Shown here one piece after another: positions 40,894 through 51,820 of a DNA stretch of 64,000 nucleotides. The DNA comes from Cyanobacteria bacterium J06626_4 (GTDB lineage: Bacteria; Cyanobacteriota; Cyanobacteriia; Phormidesmidales; Phormidesmidaceae), in the NCBI GenBank assembly GCA_038523235.1, contig JBCBJQ010000011.1:1-64000 (forward strand). Direction: 5' to 3'. The notes beneath the pieces are model-generated. The model searched no databases and had not been told where the DNA came from. It saw only the letters and a program-made list of their open reading frames with translations. The stretch's first letter is position 1, and every line of letters starts with the position of its first letter. The translations under genes and the position numbers were made by a program.

Positions 40894-42267
40894 ATGCCAA
40901 CAATTCCTCAAACTCAAACGCCGCCGTACCTACAGTTGGCTAACTGGATCTTTCGACCATTGGCCTATATGGAAGCGAACGCTCGGCGCTATGGCGATTT
41001 CTTTTTTGCCAAATGGGGGCTGCTGGACTGGATCTTTGTCAGCCATCCAGAGGCGCTCAAAACCATCTTGACCCAAGACCAGGGGCCCACCATCACGGCC
41101 CCTGGCGATGCCAACAAGATATTAGAACCGCTGCTGGGCAAGCATTCGGTTATTTTGCTGAACGGTGAGCAGCACCAGCAACGCCGCAAGCTGATCATGC
41201 CGCCCTTTCACGGCGAACGGCTGAAGGTTTACGCCGATTTGATTCAAACCATCACGCGATCGCTGATGGATGAGATGACTGTGGGGCAATCCTTTCGAGC
41301 GCGAGACGTCATGCAAAAAATCACCATGCGGGTGATTTTGCAGGCGATCTTTGGTCTGCATGAGGGCGAGCGCTATCGCCGCCTTGAAACCCTACTGGCC
41401 GAACGGCTCGACATGCTCAGCAGTCCCCTGGCCTCAACGGTGGTGTTCTTTCCGCTGTTACAGACCGACCTGGGTGACTGGAGCCCCGGCGCTAAGCTGG
41501 CTAAGCAAAGTCAAGAGATTGACGAGTTGCTCTATGCTGAAATCAGCGATCGCCGGGCCGCGCCCGACTCAGATCGCGACGATATTTTATCCTTGCTGTT
41601 GCAAACCACCGATGAAGACGGCAATGGGCTGAGTGACCAAGAACTGCGCGATGAGCTGATGACCCTTTTGGTGGCAGGGCATGAAACCACCGCCACGGCC
41701 CTCACCTGGAGCCTATATTGGGCGCACCACCAGCCCATAATTAAAGAGCAGGTGCAGCAGGAAATTGAGGCGGCAGGCGCGGGCGATGATGCCTTGGCTC
41801 TAACCAAACTGCCCTATCTCAGCGCGGTCTGCAACGAGACCCTGCGCATTTATCCAGTGGCGATGCTGACCTTTCCTCGGCTGACCCATGAACCGTTGGA
41901 ATTGATGGGGCATCCCATTGCCCCCAACACGCTGCTGGTGGGCTGTATTTACCTCTTGCACCACCGTGAAGATCTGTACCCTGAGCCCGACAAATTCCGG
42001 CCAGAGCGGTTTTTAGAGCGGCAGTTCTCAGCGTTTGAGTTTATGCCGTTTGGGGCAGGGGCGCGGCGCTGTGTTGGCTATGCCCTGGCCATGTATGAGC
42101 TGAAAATTGCCCTGGGAACCCTGCTGAGCGACTATGACTTGGCGCTGACTCGCGATCGCCCCCTACCGCCCGAGCGACGAGGCGTCACCCTCGGCATGAA
42201 AGGCGACGTCGAGATGGTTTTTAACGGCAAGCGGGCGGTTGCCCCCCCGGCTTTGGCCCAGATTTAA
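40894..42267 (+). CDS. Cytochrome P450 (CYP110-like)
   Basis: AGHETT, ETLR, PERF and FGAGARRCVG. Confidence 0.95.
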   Translation: MPTIPQTQTPPYLQLANWIFRPLAYMEANARRYGDFFFAKWGLLDWIFVSHPEALKTILTQDQGPTITAPGDANKILEPLLGKHSVILLNGEQHQQRRKLIMPPFHGERLKVYADLIQTITRSLMDEMTVGQSFRARDVMQKITMRVILQAIFGLHEGERYRRLETLLAERLDMLSSPLASTVVFFPLLQTDLGDWSPGAKLAKQSQEIDELLYAEISDRRAAPDSDRDDILSLLLQTTDEDGNGLSDQELRDELMTLLVAGHETTATALTWSLYWAHHQPIIKEQVQQEIEAAGAGDDALALTKLPYLSAVCNETLRIYPVAMLTFPRLTHEPLELMGHPIAPNTLLVGCIYLLHHREDLYPEPDKFRPERFLERQFSAFEFMPFGAGARRCVGYALAMYELKIALGTLLSDYDLALTRDRPLPPERRGVTLGMKGDVEMVFNGKRAVAPPALAQI

Positions 42268-42335
42268 TCCCCCTCTACTCACTCGCGACTTTCTACTGGA
42301 TACTAAAAGCAGCAGCTTTCACAGCGTGTAAGACC

Positions 42336-43706
42336 ATGGCAAACGGCAAGCGACGGTTGAGATGGGCAGTGGCAGGCGTCGTTGCCTGTGGGGGCTTGGC
42401 GGGCTTGACCTGCTCGGCTACCCCGCCGCCTGCCGAGGTCGACGTGGCCCCCGACAGCGCGCCTGCTGAGGCCGAAAAATCGCCCCTCACCCTGGCGTTT
42501 GAAGCCGCCGCTGCCGCCGCCCAGCAGGCTCAATCCGCCACGACCGCCGCTGAGTGGAGTGCGGTGGCGACGGCCTGGTCGGAAGCGATTCAAGCCTTAC
42601 AGGCCGTCCCACCGGATAGCCCGCAGTGGCTGTTTGCCCAGCGCAAGACCCGTGAATATTTGATTAACCAGGAGATTGCCCTGTCGCGTGTTGAAACTGC
42701 CGGAGCGCAGCGAGTCTTTCCACCGTTGGGCAACGCCGTGCTGGATGAGCAGTTAGCGGTGTATCTGTCCTATGTTGCGACCTTCGGCAAGCCTGATGTG
42801 TTGGTGATTGGCAGTTCGCGAGCGCTGCAGGGCGTGAACCCCCAGATTTTGCAGCAGCGGTTGTCAGCCCAAGGGATCGACTCGCTCAAGGTTTACACGT
42901 TTGCCGTCAATGGGGCGACGGCCCAGGTGATGAGCTTTGTCTTGCGGCGATTGCTCACGCCCGAGCAGATGCCGCGCCTGATTGTGTGGGCAGGCGGCGC
43001 GCGATCGTTCAACAGCGGGCGGGTCGATCTCACCTTTGCCCGCATTTTGGAATCACCGGGTTATGAGGCGCTAGAAGCGGGCGATCGCCCTGATATTGGC
43101 TGGCTCGATGGCGAAGCCGTGGTGGATGACGCGCCGGCCGATTTAGCCATTGCCACTGCTATTAACGGCTATGGCTTTTTAGAGGTGAGTGACGTTTTTG
43201 ATCCGGCGATTTACTATCAAAATTTCCCCCGAGTGGCGGGGCGGTACGACTCTTCTTACCAAGCCTTTAACCTCGATGGCGTGCAGACTGTCTCCTTTCG
43301 GGCGATCGCCACCTTCACTCAGGGCAATGACATTCCCCTGGTGTTCGTCAACCTGCCCCTCAGCACTGATTATTTAGATGCCACTCGGCTGTTTTACGAG
43401 CAGCAATTTCAGCAATATTTAGCGACTGAGGCTGAGCAGGGTGGTTTTGTGGTGGTGGATTTGCTGCAGGCATGGCCCGACCTGAATAATATTTTTGCTG
43501 ACCCCAGCCATCTCAACCAGGTCGGCGCGGCTCAGGTAGCCATCAAACTAGCGGAAGATCCCACGGTGCCCTGGCATATTTTTGATGATGAGGCGACGAG
43601 TGAGGCCTCTAATCGATCGACCGCGGAGGCCGATGAGCCCGGAGAGTCTGCCCCAGCAGCTGAGGAGAGCGACGATGACGCGCAAAATGGCGGCGCTGCT
43701 GAGTAA
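42336..43706 (+). CDS. Exported protein with helical N-terminal domain and SGNH/DltD-like domain
   Basis: Possible lipoprotein signal (LAGLTC), IGSSR, VNGAT and ADPSHLN. Confidence 0.6.
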   Translation: MANGKRRLRWAVAGVVACGGLAGLTCSATPPPAEVDVAPDSAPAEAEKSPLTLAFEAAAAAAQQAQSATTAAEWSAVATAWSEAIQALQAVPPDSPQWLFAQRKTREYLINQEIALSRVETAGAQRVFPPLGNAVLDEQLAVYLSYVATFGKPDVLVIGSSRALQGVNPQILQQRLSAQGIDSLKVYTFAVNGATAQVMSFVLRRLLTPEQMPRLIVWAGGARSFNSGRVDLTFARILESPGYEALEAGDRPDIGWLDGEAVVDDAPADLAIATAINGYGFLEVSDVFDPAIYYQNFPRVAGRYDSSYQAFNLDGVQTVSFRAIATFTQGNDIPLVFVNLPLSTDYLDATRLFYEQQFQQYLATEAEQGGFVVVDLLQAWPDLNNIFADPSHLNQVGAAQVAIKLAEDPTVPWHIFDDEATSEASNRSTAEADEPGESAPAAEESDDDAQNGGAAE

Positions 43707-43803
43707 GCCCATCGTTAGGTGTGTTACTGACTGGATCCCGAGCTGAACCCAATTTTCCCCACTGCGCGCCTGACTGGTGAATTCAGGGGGTTGAGCCAGG
43801 CAT

Positions 43804-44064
43804 TCATTTTTCTAGCCGGATGGCAAACCACTGCATTGTTTGACCCGGCTGCAACTCAAAATCGCAGGCGGTGTTGATCAGTGACTGCGCCTGGGCTTCA
43901 ACCGTGGGGAGTTTGGCCAGGTCACGGGGCAGGTCAGACTGGCGATCACCCAAAATCTTTTCCAGCCGCTGCTGCAGTTCTGCCGCCGTCAAAATCTCCT
44001 CAGCGGCTCCTGGCATCAGCAACACAAAGTGGTCTTCTTCATACATCAACGAGCGATCGGGCAT
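43804..44064 (-). CDS. crr7: Chlororespiratory reduction protein 7 (NDH-1 assembly)
   Basis: MYEEDHFVLL, LPRDLAK, LINTACDFE and QWFAIRLEK. Confidence 0.8.
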   Translation of the reverse strand: MPDRSLMYEEDHFVLLMPGAAEEILTAAELQQRLEKILGDRQSDLPRDLAKLPTVEAQAQSLINTACDFELQPGQTMQWFAIRLEK

Positions 44065-44351
44065 GGGGAAATTCTCCACAAGTTGAGCAAGAGCATCAAA
44101 CGGATATCCGGTGACAAAGGGCGGGGGCAGGCAGCCAGCGCAAGCCGGGATACAGATTTCCTCACCATGATTCCGCAAGTCGCGATTGCGGTCGAGGCGA
44201 AAGCTCTCTCTTACTGTAACCAAGAGCAGGCAAAGGACTCTGAGAATCGGCCCCGAAGCAAATCTATCTCGATCAGCCTAGAAACCGACTCAAGGCTCAG
44301 CAAGGGTGACCTGGCAAGGCATGATGTCAGTGGTTTGTTGTGCCGTAGGAA

Positions 44352-45143
44352 GTGGTTATGACCGTCATACAGGTGGGGGCGTTTATCGTTTCGGGGTTGT
44401 TTGCCGGGGTGCTCGCAGGCTTTTTGGGCATTGGCGGCGGCACGGTGCTAGTGCCGATTTTGATTACGCTCGGCTATGCCCCCATTCAAGCGGTGGCCAC
44501 CAGCAGCCTAGCCATTATCATCACGTCACTGTCTGGCAGTTTTCAAAACTGGCGCATGGGGTATCTCGACTTTAAGCGCGTGGCGCTGTTGGGATTGCCC
44601 GCCATGATCACGGCGCAGTTAGGAGTGCTGACTGCGAGTCGGCTGCCCGAGTCGCTGTTGCTAATTGCCTTTGCCACTCTGCTGGCGCTCAATATCTATC
44701 TGGTGGGGGTACGCAAGCGACTGGCGCAGCAGCCCAACAGCGACGGGACACCAGCCCCTCGCATTAATCCGGTGGGGGCGCGATTGCTCACTGGCGGCGT
44801 GGCAGGCTTTTTGGCTGGGCTGCTGGGCATTGGTGGTGGGGTGATTATGGTGCCACTGCAAATGCTACTGCTAGGAGAAACCATTAAACGCGCCATTCAA
44901 ACCAGTTTGGGGGTAATTGTATTGACGGCGATCGCCTCTACTATCGGGCATGCCATTCAGGGCAATGTGGTGTGGGTCGGCGGCATTATCTTGGGTTTGG
45001 GCGGCCTAATGGGTGCTCAATTGAGCACCCGAGCATTACCCCAACTGCCAGATCGCGTCGTTTCCCTACTATTTCGCGCCTTGCTGGCAATCCTGATTGT
45101 CTATACACTGTGGCAAGCCTGGCAGCAAAGCGTCGCATCGTAA
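44352..45143 (+). CDS. Sulfite exporter TauE/SafE family membrane protein
   Basis: Two GxLGIGGG repeats and ATSS. Confidence 0.9.
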   Translation: MVMTVIQVGAFIVSGLFAGVLAGFLGIGGGTVLVPILITLGYAPIQAVATSSLAIIITSLSGSFQNWRMGYLDFKRVALLGLPAMITAQLGVLTASRLPESLLLIAFATLLALNIYLVGVRKRLAQQPNSDGTPAPRINPVGARLLTGGVAGFLAGLLGIGGGVIMVPLQMLLLGETIKRAIQTSLGVIVLTAIASTIGHAIQGNVVWVGGIILGLGGLMGAQLSTRALPQLPDRVVSLLFRALLAILIVYTLWQAWQQSVAS

Positions 45144-45369
45144 GCGATTTAGGTGTTCTGGTGATGGCAACCAGCTCCGATCTCGTTAATCAGTTTTTCC
45201 GGCAGCTAGCTGCTTTGAATCGCTCATGCCAATTCTCTGCAACAAGACCATAAATCCGGCTCTCCCCCCCCCCTTGACTCCCCGACATTGCCAATGGCCT
45301 GGGAAATTCCGATGAGTAAAAATAACGGCAGTTCGGGTTAAGCTCATCCCCGTTTCTTTCCCCTCTGGG

Positions 45370-45675
45370 GCTAATCCTGTAAGGGTTTCCCCAAAAGCTT
45401 ATGCGGCTTAGCTTGGAACCTCCTTGATAACCTTGGTGGTGGCACTTTTCGGTGGGCTAAAGTCCTGTTGCGGCTTAGCTTGGAACCTCCTTGATAACCT
45501 TGGTGGTGGCACTTTTCGGTGGGCTAAAGTCCTGTAGACCACCTGTCGGGTAGGCTTCCAGCCTGCCGCCCTCACCCGTCGGGGTCAAGACGACACCTGA
45601 ACCGCATGGCTCAGCCGCCTCGAACGGCCAAGATGGCCGTCAAACAAGATAGTCCAAAACCCCTACAGGATTAGC
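45370..45675. mobile_element. 306-bp MITE-like insertion with ~19-bp terminal inverted repeats and 6-bp target duplication
   Basis: Left end GCTAATCCTGTAAGGGTTT; right end reverse complement GCTAATCCTGTAGGGGTTT; TCTGGG at 45364-45369 and 45676-45681. Confidence 0.8.
45402..45535 (+). repeat. Perfect tandem duplication, 2 x 67 bp
   Basis: 45402-45468 equals 45469-45535. Confidence 0.95.
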
Positions 45676-45855
45676 TCTGGGGAGGGGCTAATGGGGTGGG
45701 TTGCACCACTCTCAGCAGGATGTCGATACCCACCCCGCCTTTGGCACCCCTCCCCAGAGGGGATTGTCGCCTCAATCGGCTGGTAGGAACGCATTCCGAA
45801 CTCAGGTCAAAAATTATGCATCCGGTCTGCTATGGCCCCGCTGTCTCACTGTGAA

Positions 45856-48555
45856 TTAACGATTAAGGGCCTTGTGGATCGCCTGCAGTAAATCTTCAAC
45901 TGCGTAGGGTTTTGGCAAAAAGGCATGAATCGTGAGGTCAGCCTGATTAGACAACTCATTGACCGACACAACACCACTGGTCATCACCGCCTTGAGCTGC
46001 GGGTTGATCTGCTGTAGCGTTTTAAGCGCCGTCGCCCCTGACATACGCGGCATCCGCATATCCATCAGCACGCCGTCAATATCGGCCGATCGCGCCTCAT
46101 ACACCGCGATCGCTTCCACCCCATCGGCGGCGGTGAGCACCCGGTAATTATGGCTTTCTAACAAGGCTCGGGTGACGTAGCGAATTTGAGGTTCATCGTC
46201 TACCACCAAAATGAGTTGCCCTGACCCGAGGGGTAATTCCTGCTCGCTGTCGGGTGAGGGCGATTTGATCGCCGCCGCCGGTAGCGCAATTGTAAAGTGC
46301 GTGCCCTGATCAACCTGGCTGTTGACCTGCAGTAGTCCTTGGTGACTTTTGACGATGCTGGCCACGGTCGAGAGTCCCAGACCCGTACCGGCACCGGGGG
46401 CTTTGGTGGTAAAAAACGGATCAAAAACTTTGTCGATCAAGTCAGGCGGCATGCCGGTACCGGTATCAGTCACGTCAATCACCACGTAGGAGGAGCTGTC
46501 GTGGGCGGGCGAAGACTCCGCGCCATCGGCATCGAGATAAGCATTGCGGGCGGAGAGTGATAGCACCCCACCGGCCGGCATGGCGTCTCTGGCATTCACA
46601 CACAGATTCATCAACACCTGGTACAGATGGGTGGCGTCGCCCATGAGCATCCACAAATCTGGCGGCAGGTGGACTTGAATCGCGATCGTGGGCGGAAAGG
46701 TTTTGCGCACAAATCGCTTAATTTCAGTGAGCAAATAGCCAATATTTAAGGCCGTGAAGTCGCTCGTGGCTCCCTGAGCAAAGGCCAAAATTTGTTTCGA
46801 TAGGGCCGCCCCGCGATGGGCCGAGTTGCCGAGGATATCGATCAGCTCCGCCGTGGTTGGATCATCCTTGGGCAGCTTGTAGGGCAAAATCTGAGCGATG
46901 CCCAAAATTGGGGTCAAAATATTATTCAGGTCATGGGCGATGCCGCTGGCTAACGTGCCCAGACTTTCGAGCCGCTGGGCTCGCAGCAGCTGAGCTTCTA
47001 ACTGCTTGCGTTCAGTAATGTCAGTGTCAACCGACAAGACGGCTGCCGGCTGCCCGGCGGCGTTGCGCACCAGGGTCCAACGGCTCTCGATGATGCGCAC
47101 CTTGTTTGCCTTGGTGGATTTTTGCAGCTCACCGTGCCATTCCCCGTGGTTGAGCACCGTCTGCCAGGCTAACTCCAGCTGGTGAAAAGGTTCTGAGTTG
47201 AGCAGCGTATCGACATTGCGACCCAGAACTTCGGACGATGGCCAACCGTAGATCTGTTCTGCCCCGCGACTCCAAAAGAGCAGCCGACTCTCGAGGTCAC
47301 GCACGAGAAAGGCATCCGTCGCAATGTCGATGAGTTCGGCCTGTTCTTTCAGCAATTGTTCCGTGCGTTTGCGGGCGGTGATATCGCGCTGAATCGCAAC
47401 GAAATGGGGCACCTGCTGGTCCCTGGCATTGGCGATGGTAATCGGCACTAACTCCAGCTCCACCCAAAACTCAGTGCCGTCTTGCCGGTAGTTGATCAGT
47501 TCTTCGCGAATTTTTTGACGGGTTTTCAGGGCGGCCCGAATGCGATCGAGGCTGGCGCGATCGGTTTTCGGGCCTTGCAAAATGCGCGGCGTTTGACCCA
47601 CGATTTCGGCCTGGGTGTAGCCAGTCATTGCCGTAAATGCCGGGTTGACATAGACAATGCGCGGCCCCGGCGGCTCAATCAGATCAGCCTCGGTGACCAG
47701 CACGGCATCATTCGCGTGCAGCACTACCGATTCCAGCAGGCGCAGCTGATCTTGCCGCTGCTGGCGATCGGTCACATCCATCACGGTGCCCAAGAGCTTG
47801 ACGACATCGCCCTGGGCGTTTTTAATGGCCTCGCTGGTGCCTTCTAGGTAGCGGCGCTCCCCCGTAGGACGCCTAATTTGTCCGGCTAGGGGTTGGGGTT
47901 CACCCGTGGCGATCGCCCACTGCAACGTTTGTTTGACTCGGGTCCAATCTTCAGGCGAAAAGAACTGGGCAAGATGGGATAGTTCGGGGGCTGGGGCGTT
48001 GGGATTCAGGCCAAACAATCGCAACATTTCAGCGGAGCATAGGGGCGTGCGGGTCACCAAGTCAAATTCCCAACTGCCAATGTGAGCCAGTTCCTGGGCT
48101 TTCGCCAAGTTCGCTTGGCTGCGCCGCAGGGCGGTCTCAGCTTGCTTGTCGGTGCTAATGTCAACAATCAGCGCGTAATAGCCCTGCACGCGATCATGAC
48201 GATCAAAATCGGGAATCAGCGTGCCCCGAATATGACGACGCCCCTGGGCGTAGGGCAGCACTGCCTCATAGGTCACCTGTTCACCATCAAAGACTTGGTC
48301 AATATAGGGCTTGACCTTTTGATAGGCGACATCGCCTATCACTTGCCAGAGGTATTGACCATCAATGGTTTGGCGATCTAATTGAAACCAAGCTTCATAG
48401 GTGGTATTGACAAAGCGATAGCGCAAATCGGCATCAAGGTAAGAAACACAGGCCGGCAACTCATCCACAATCAAGTTCAGGCGCGATTCATAATGAGACG
48501 AATCAGTGGGCGCTGGATAGCGATCGCTAATGTCACAAAAGGGATAACTTTGCAT
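45856..48555 (-). CDS. Hybrid sensor histidine kinase (4 PAS - HisKA - HATPase - REC)
   Basis: PAS/PAC DIT motifs, [29 protein letters not shown] and receiver VVDDE...MDMRMP. Confidence 0.92.
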   Translation of the reverse strand: MQSYPFCDISDRYPAPTDSSHYESRLNLIVDELPACVSYLDADLRYRFVNTTYEAWFQLDRQTIDGQYLWQVIGDVAYQKVKPYIDQVFDGEQVTYEAVLPYAQGRRHIRGTLIPDFDRHDRVQGYYALIVDISTDKQAETALRRSQANLAKAQELAHIGSWEFDLVTRTPLCSAEMLRLFGLNPNAPAPELSHLAQFFSPEDWTRVKQTLQWAIATGEPQPLAGQIRRPTGERRYLEGTSEAIKNAQGDVVKLLGTVMDVTDRQQRQDQLRLLESVVLHANDAVLVTEADLIEPPGPRIVYVNPAFTAMTGYTQAEIVGQTPRILQGPKTDRASLDRIRAALKTRQKIREELINYRQDGTEFWVELELVPITIANARDQQVPHFVAIQRDITARKRTEQLLKEQAELIDIATDAFLVRDLESRLLFWSRGAEQIYGWPSSEVLGRNVDTLLNSEPFHQLELAWQTVLNHGEWHGELQKSTKANKVRIIESRWTLVRNAAGQPAAVLSVDTDITERKQLEAQLLRAQRLESLGTLASGIAHDLNNILTPILGIAQILPYKLPKDDPTTAELIDILGNSAHRGAALSKQILAFAQGATSDFTALNIGYLLTEIKRFVRKTFPPTIAIQVHLPPDLWMLMGDATHLYQVLMNLCVNARDAMPAGGVLSLSARNAYLDADGAESSPAHDSSSYVVIDVTDTGTGMPPDLIDKVFDPFFTTKAPGAGTGLGLSTVASIVKSHQGLLQVNSQVDQGTHFTIALPAAAIKSPSPDSEQELPLGSGQLILVVDDEPQIRYVTRALLESHNYRVLTAADGVEAIAVYEARSADIDGVLMDMRMPRMSGATALKTLQQINPQLKAVMTSGVVSVNELSNQADLTIHAFLPKPYAVEDLLQAIHKALNR

Positions 48556-49019
48556 GCGAATTCAAAATCCTATCGCGGCGAAAACTTGAAATCGAATGAC
48601 GATCCTGAAAAGAAGCTTAACTGACTGTATTTTTATTCCTGAAAACTTATTAAGTAATGTCTATTTTGCTGTCGAAATTATTCGTTGGCTCGTTGACGGC
48701 ATCAGCGATATCGCAGTCGCCAGTCCAGTTAGGGAAAGACTACGGCCTCTTTGCTGAGGCGCGAAGATTTCTGAATTTGCCCATATCGATGAAGGGGGCT
48801 CGACCTACAGCGATCGCAAGCCGCAGTTTGATCCACTCATTGCCGATGGCGGCAGTCGCCATCTGATCAATCTTTTAATTCTGCCTTCCAACTTCCGCAT
48901 TCCGAAGGCTGCTGTACCCCTCTTTCCAACAGTTGCCCTTGGCACCTGTCGAGTCACCTATGATGGCATTGCGGAGTATGTGCAGTAGGCAATCACGGCC
49001 TTTGATATGGTTTCGAAAG

Positions 49020-49922
49020 CTATTCAGTAAAGTAATCAAGATCAATTTTCTTGACTTCGTAGACTTCTTTGGTGCTAACGCCAACGCCGAATTCAATCAT
49101 GTATTGGGCAAGCAATTTGCCATCAAGAAGAATTATTTTGCTGTCAATGCGAGATACAAAATCTCTTGCTTCAGCCGTAAAGGTTGACGATGTGATAAAG
49201 ATTCCTTTTTTGGCTCTGAACCCCTGCAATGCCCCTGCGAATTTCTGCACTTCAGGACGACCGACTGGAGCTTCCCACCGTTTAGCCTGCACGTAGATAA
49301 TATCCAGACCTAACCGATCTTCGTTGATAGTGCCGTCAATTCCACTGTCGCCGCTACGGCCAACAATCTTGCTCGCATCTTTGCGAGTGCCACCGTATCC
49401 CATCTTGACTAATACATCGATAACAAGCCTCTCAAAGAATCCCGGAGAGCCGTGCTTGATGGTGTCAATCAACTCAGATGCCACTTCCTGCGTTAATCCC
49501 TGGACAATTGATTCCAAGTTTTCCTCAGGCGTTTTTTCAGAAACTTGAGAGCTTTCTTCAGAATCTGAGGTGTCCCGCTTGAAGTTTTTGAACTCAACGA
49601 ATTCAGGAAATTGCTCCAAGAATTTAACGTTGATGCTGGCAGGTCTTTGCCGAACAACAGATTGGCCCCTATCAGTGATTTGCAGATAACCACGCCGAGT
49701 TGTCTTCAGCAGTTCAGCCTTTTTGAGATAGGTTCTAGCCCACCCCACGCGATTGTCAAAAGTGGCTTGTCGACCACTTGGCAGCATTTCTTGGGTATCT
49801 GCTTCGCTCAGATTGAAATGAGCAGAAAGCATATCGATTGCTTCTCTCAAGGAATATTCTCGACCATCTGCTGACATGTTCAGCAGTGGCAGCATAATGG
49901 ATTGATAATCAGGAATGGGCAC
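49020..49922 (-). CDS. mrr: Mrr-family type IV restriction endonuclease
   Basis: IPDYQSIMLPLL, NRVGWARTYL, FERLV, DSGIDG, YVQAKRW and FITSS. Confidence 0.9.
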   Translation of the reverse strand: MPIPDYQSIMLPLLNMSADGREYSLREAIDMLSAHFNLSEADTQEMLPSGRQATFDNRVGWARTYLKKAELLKTTRRGYLQITDRGQSVVRQRPASINVKFLEQFPEFVEFKNFKRDTSDSEESSQVSEKTPEENLESIVQGLTQEVASELIDTIKHGSPGFFERLVIDVLVKMGYGGTRKDASKIVGRSGDSGIDGTINEDRLGLDIIYVQAKRWEAPVGRPEVQKFAGALQGFRAKKGIFITSSTFTAEARDFVSRIDSKIILLDGKLLAQYMIEFGVGVSTKEVYEVKKIDLDYFTE

Positions 49923-50201
49923 GAGAATATTTCAGGCAAGAGACTACACGTCATCAGATTACCCATTGCTTGACTGCCCAGTTCTAATTGCTCTGGTTTC
50001 GGTAAGTCTGCCCGAAAACTTTGACAATGACTGTCCTCAAAACAACCAAGTTAGTGACTTTGACGCAGGTAGGAGATTTCTGATAATTCTAAAGATACCC
50101 ATCCTGCAGTGCGTTGCGCTGCGCTGACAGCACCCCACCAACGGTAAATTCTTTTCTAAAGATCCCCTTAGACGAATCACCCCGGAATCCCGTGAGGCCC
50201 A

Positions 50202-50465
50202 TCAGGAGCCCTTTTGATTGGCGGAACGAAACCGGCCTGATAAAAACGGACGCTGCTGACGATGCTTGGTGCTGCGACCGGTAACCCGCTTGCGCCACAT
50301 CCGAAAGCTGCTTGCTTTCATTGATTGCCGCATGAGCCGAATGACGTCCTTTTCTGGCAGGCCAAACTGCAGTTCGATCGCCTCAAACGGGGTGCGATCT
50401 TCCCAAGCCATCTCAATGATGCGATCGCGATCGCCGGCACTCAGTTCTGGCAAAGCTTTTCCCAT
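50202..50465 (-). CDS. TIGR03643/DUF2805-family small protein
   Basis: RIIEMAWEDRTPFEAI...SFRMWRKRV. Confidence 0.8.
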   Translation of the reverse strand: MGKALPELSAGDRDRIIEMAWEDRTPFEAIELQFGLPEKDVIRLMRQSMKASSFRMWRKRVTGRSTKHRQQRPFLSGRFRSANQKGS

Positions 50466-50668
50466 GGTGGCTCTCGTTCAATCAACGTCAGTGCTGAGGC
50501 ATCTAGCCTTCAGCGTCGCCCCTTCATCCTAACGAGCTGGTCGCCCAGACAGGAGCGAGACACCACATCTCTATCCCGTGGCGGATTTGAACGATGATTC
50601 GCCCGTCTAAATCTGCCCGTGAGCGGGTAAGGTTGATTTGGCATTATTGATTAGGAAAATACGCGATC

Positions 50669-51619
50669 GTGGCGGCTACTTTTTTTCAGCGCAATTCTGA
50701 CCTGCAGGCGGTTTTAGACCAGGTACTTGAGCAAACCTGGGCCGAGTTTCCAAAACTGGCACGGAACCAAATTGCCGCCACCTGGATTGTGTATGAGCCC
50801 CCGTTTCCGATCAACACGGGCGGGGCAATTAGCGCAGCTGATTTTTGGCAGCAGTCGCCGCCGGGGGCCAGCTATCGCGGGGTCGAGGCGATCTACCCAG
50901 CCAGCGTGGTGAAGCTGTTTTACCTCGTGGCGGCCCACGAATGGTTAGAACGGGAAATGGTGTCGTCAACGCCAGAGCTGGTGCGAGCGCTGCGCGACAT
51001 GATTGTCGATTCCAGCAATGATGCGACGGGGCTCGTGGTGGATGTGCTGACCGGGACGACCAGTGGCCCCGAGCTGCCAGCCGGGCCGCTAGAAACCTGG
51101 CAGACCCAGCGCAACATCGTGAATCGCTATTTTGAGTCGCTGCAGTGGCCGGAGCTGGCGACGATTAACGTCAATCAAAAGACTTGGTGTGATGGCCCCT
51201 ATGGTCGTGAGCGGCTGTTTTTGGGTGAGACCTATGAAAATCGCAATGTGCTGACGACGGAAGCAACAGCCCGACTGCTGCACAGCATCATCGGTGGGGT
51301 GGCAGTCACCGGGGAGCGATCGCAGGCGATGATGGCGCTGTTGCAGCGATCGCTCGATCTCCGCCAGTTGGCCGCTGATCCTGAGAATCAGGTCACGGGC
51401 TTTTTAGGGGCGGGCCTACCGCTTACCGCTCAACTGTGGTCAAAAGCCGGACTCACCAGCAAGGTGCGTCACGATGCTGCCTATATTGAGCTGCCAGAGC
51501 ACCCGCCGTTTCAATTGGTGGTCTTTACGGAAGGCGCAGACGCGAGCCAAAACGAACACATCTTGCCGTTTGTGGCCCAAACGTTATTACCAGCCTGGTC
51601 CGCAGCGGCTATGGGCTGA
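50669..51619 (+). CDS. Serine hydrolase, class A beta-lactamase-like
   Basis: SVVK, SSN and KAG motifs. Confidence 0.85.
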   Translation: MAATFFQRNSDLQAVLDQVLEQTWAEFPKLARNQIAATWIVYEPPFPINTGGAISAADFWQQSPPGASYRGVEAIYPASVVKLFYLVAAHEWLEREMVSSTPELVRALRDMIVDSSNDATGLVVDVLTGTTSGPELPAGPLETWQTQRNIVNRYFESLQWPELATINVNQKTWCDGPYGRERLFLGETYENRNVLTTEATARLLHSIIGGVAVTGERSQAMMALLQRSLDLRQLAADPENQVTGFLGAGLPLTAQLWSKAGLTSKVRHDAAYIELPEHPPFQLVVFTEGADASQNEHILPFVAQTLLPAWSAAAMG

Positions 51620-51820
51620 CTGGCGGGTGCCATGAGAACGGTTATTTAAGTGGCGGGTGATGCGATCTGACAGTGGTAGAATCTGCTTGAATTTTTCACA
51701 GTGACTGCAGAGCCACCCCAGAGCCCAATCGCCGGCATCGCCGAGGGGGAAGGGGCAAGCTGCTGCTTTTTATCGCTGCTGAGAAATGCTTCATGGTGTA
51801 TTGATGGAGTGATTATAAAC

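Noticed and set aside
45402..45535. Possible CRISPR array
   Set aside because: Two adjoining identical 67-bp units with no unique spacers and no cas genes.
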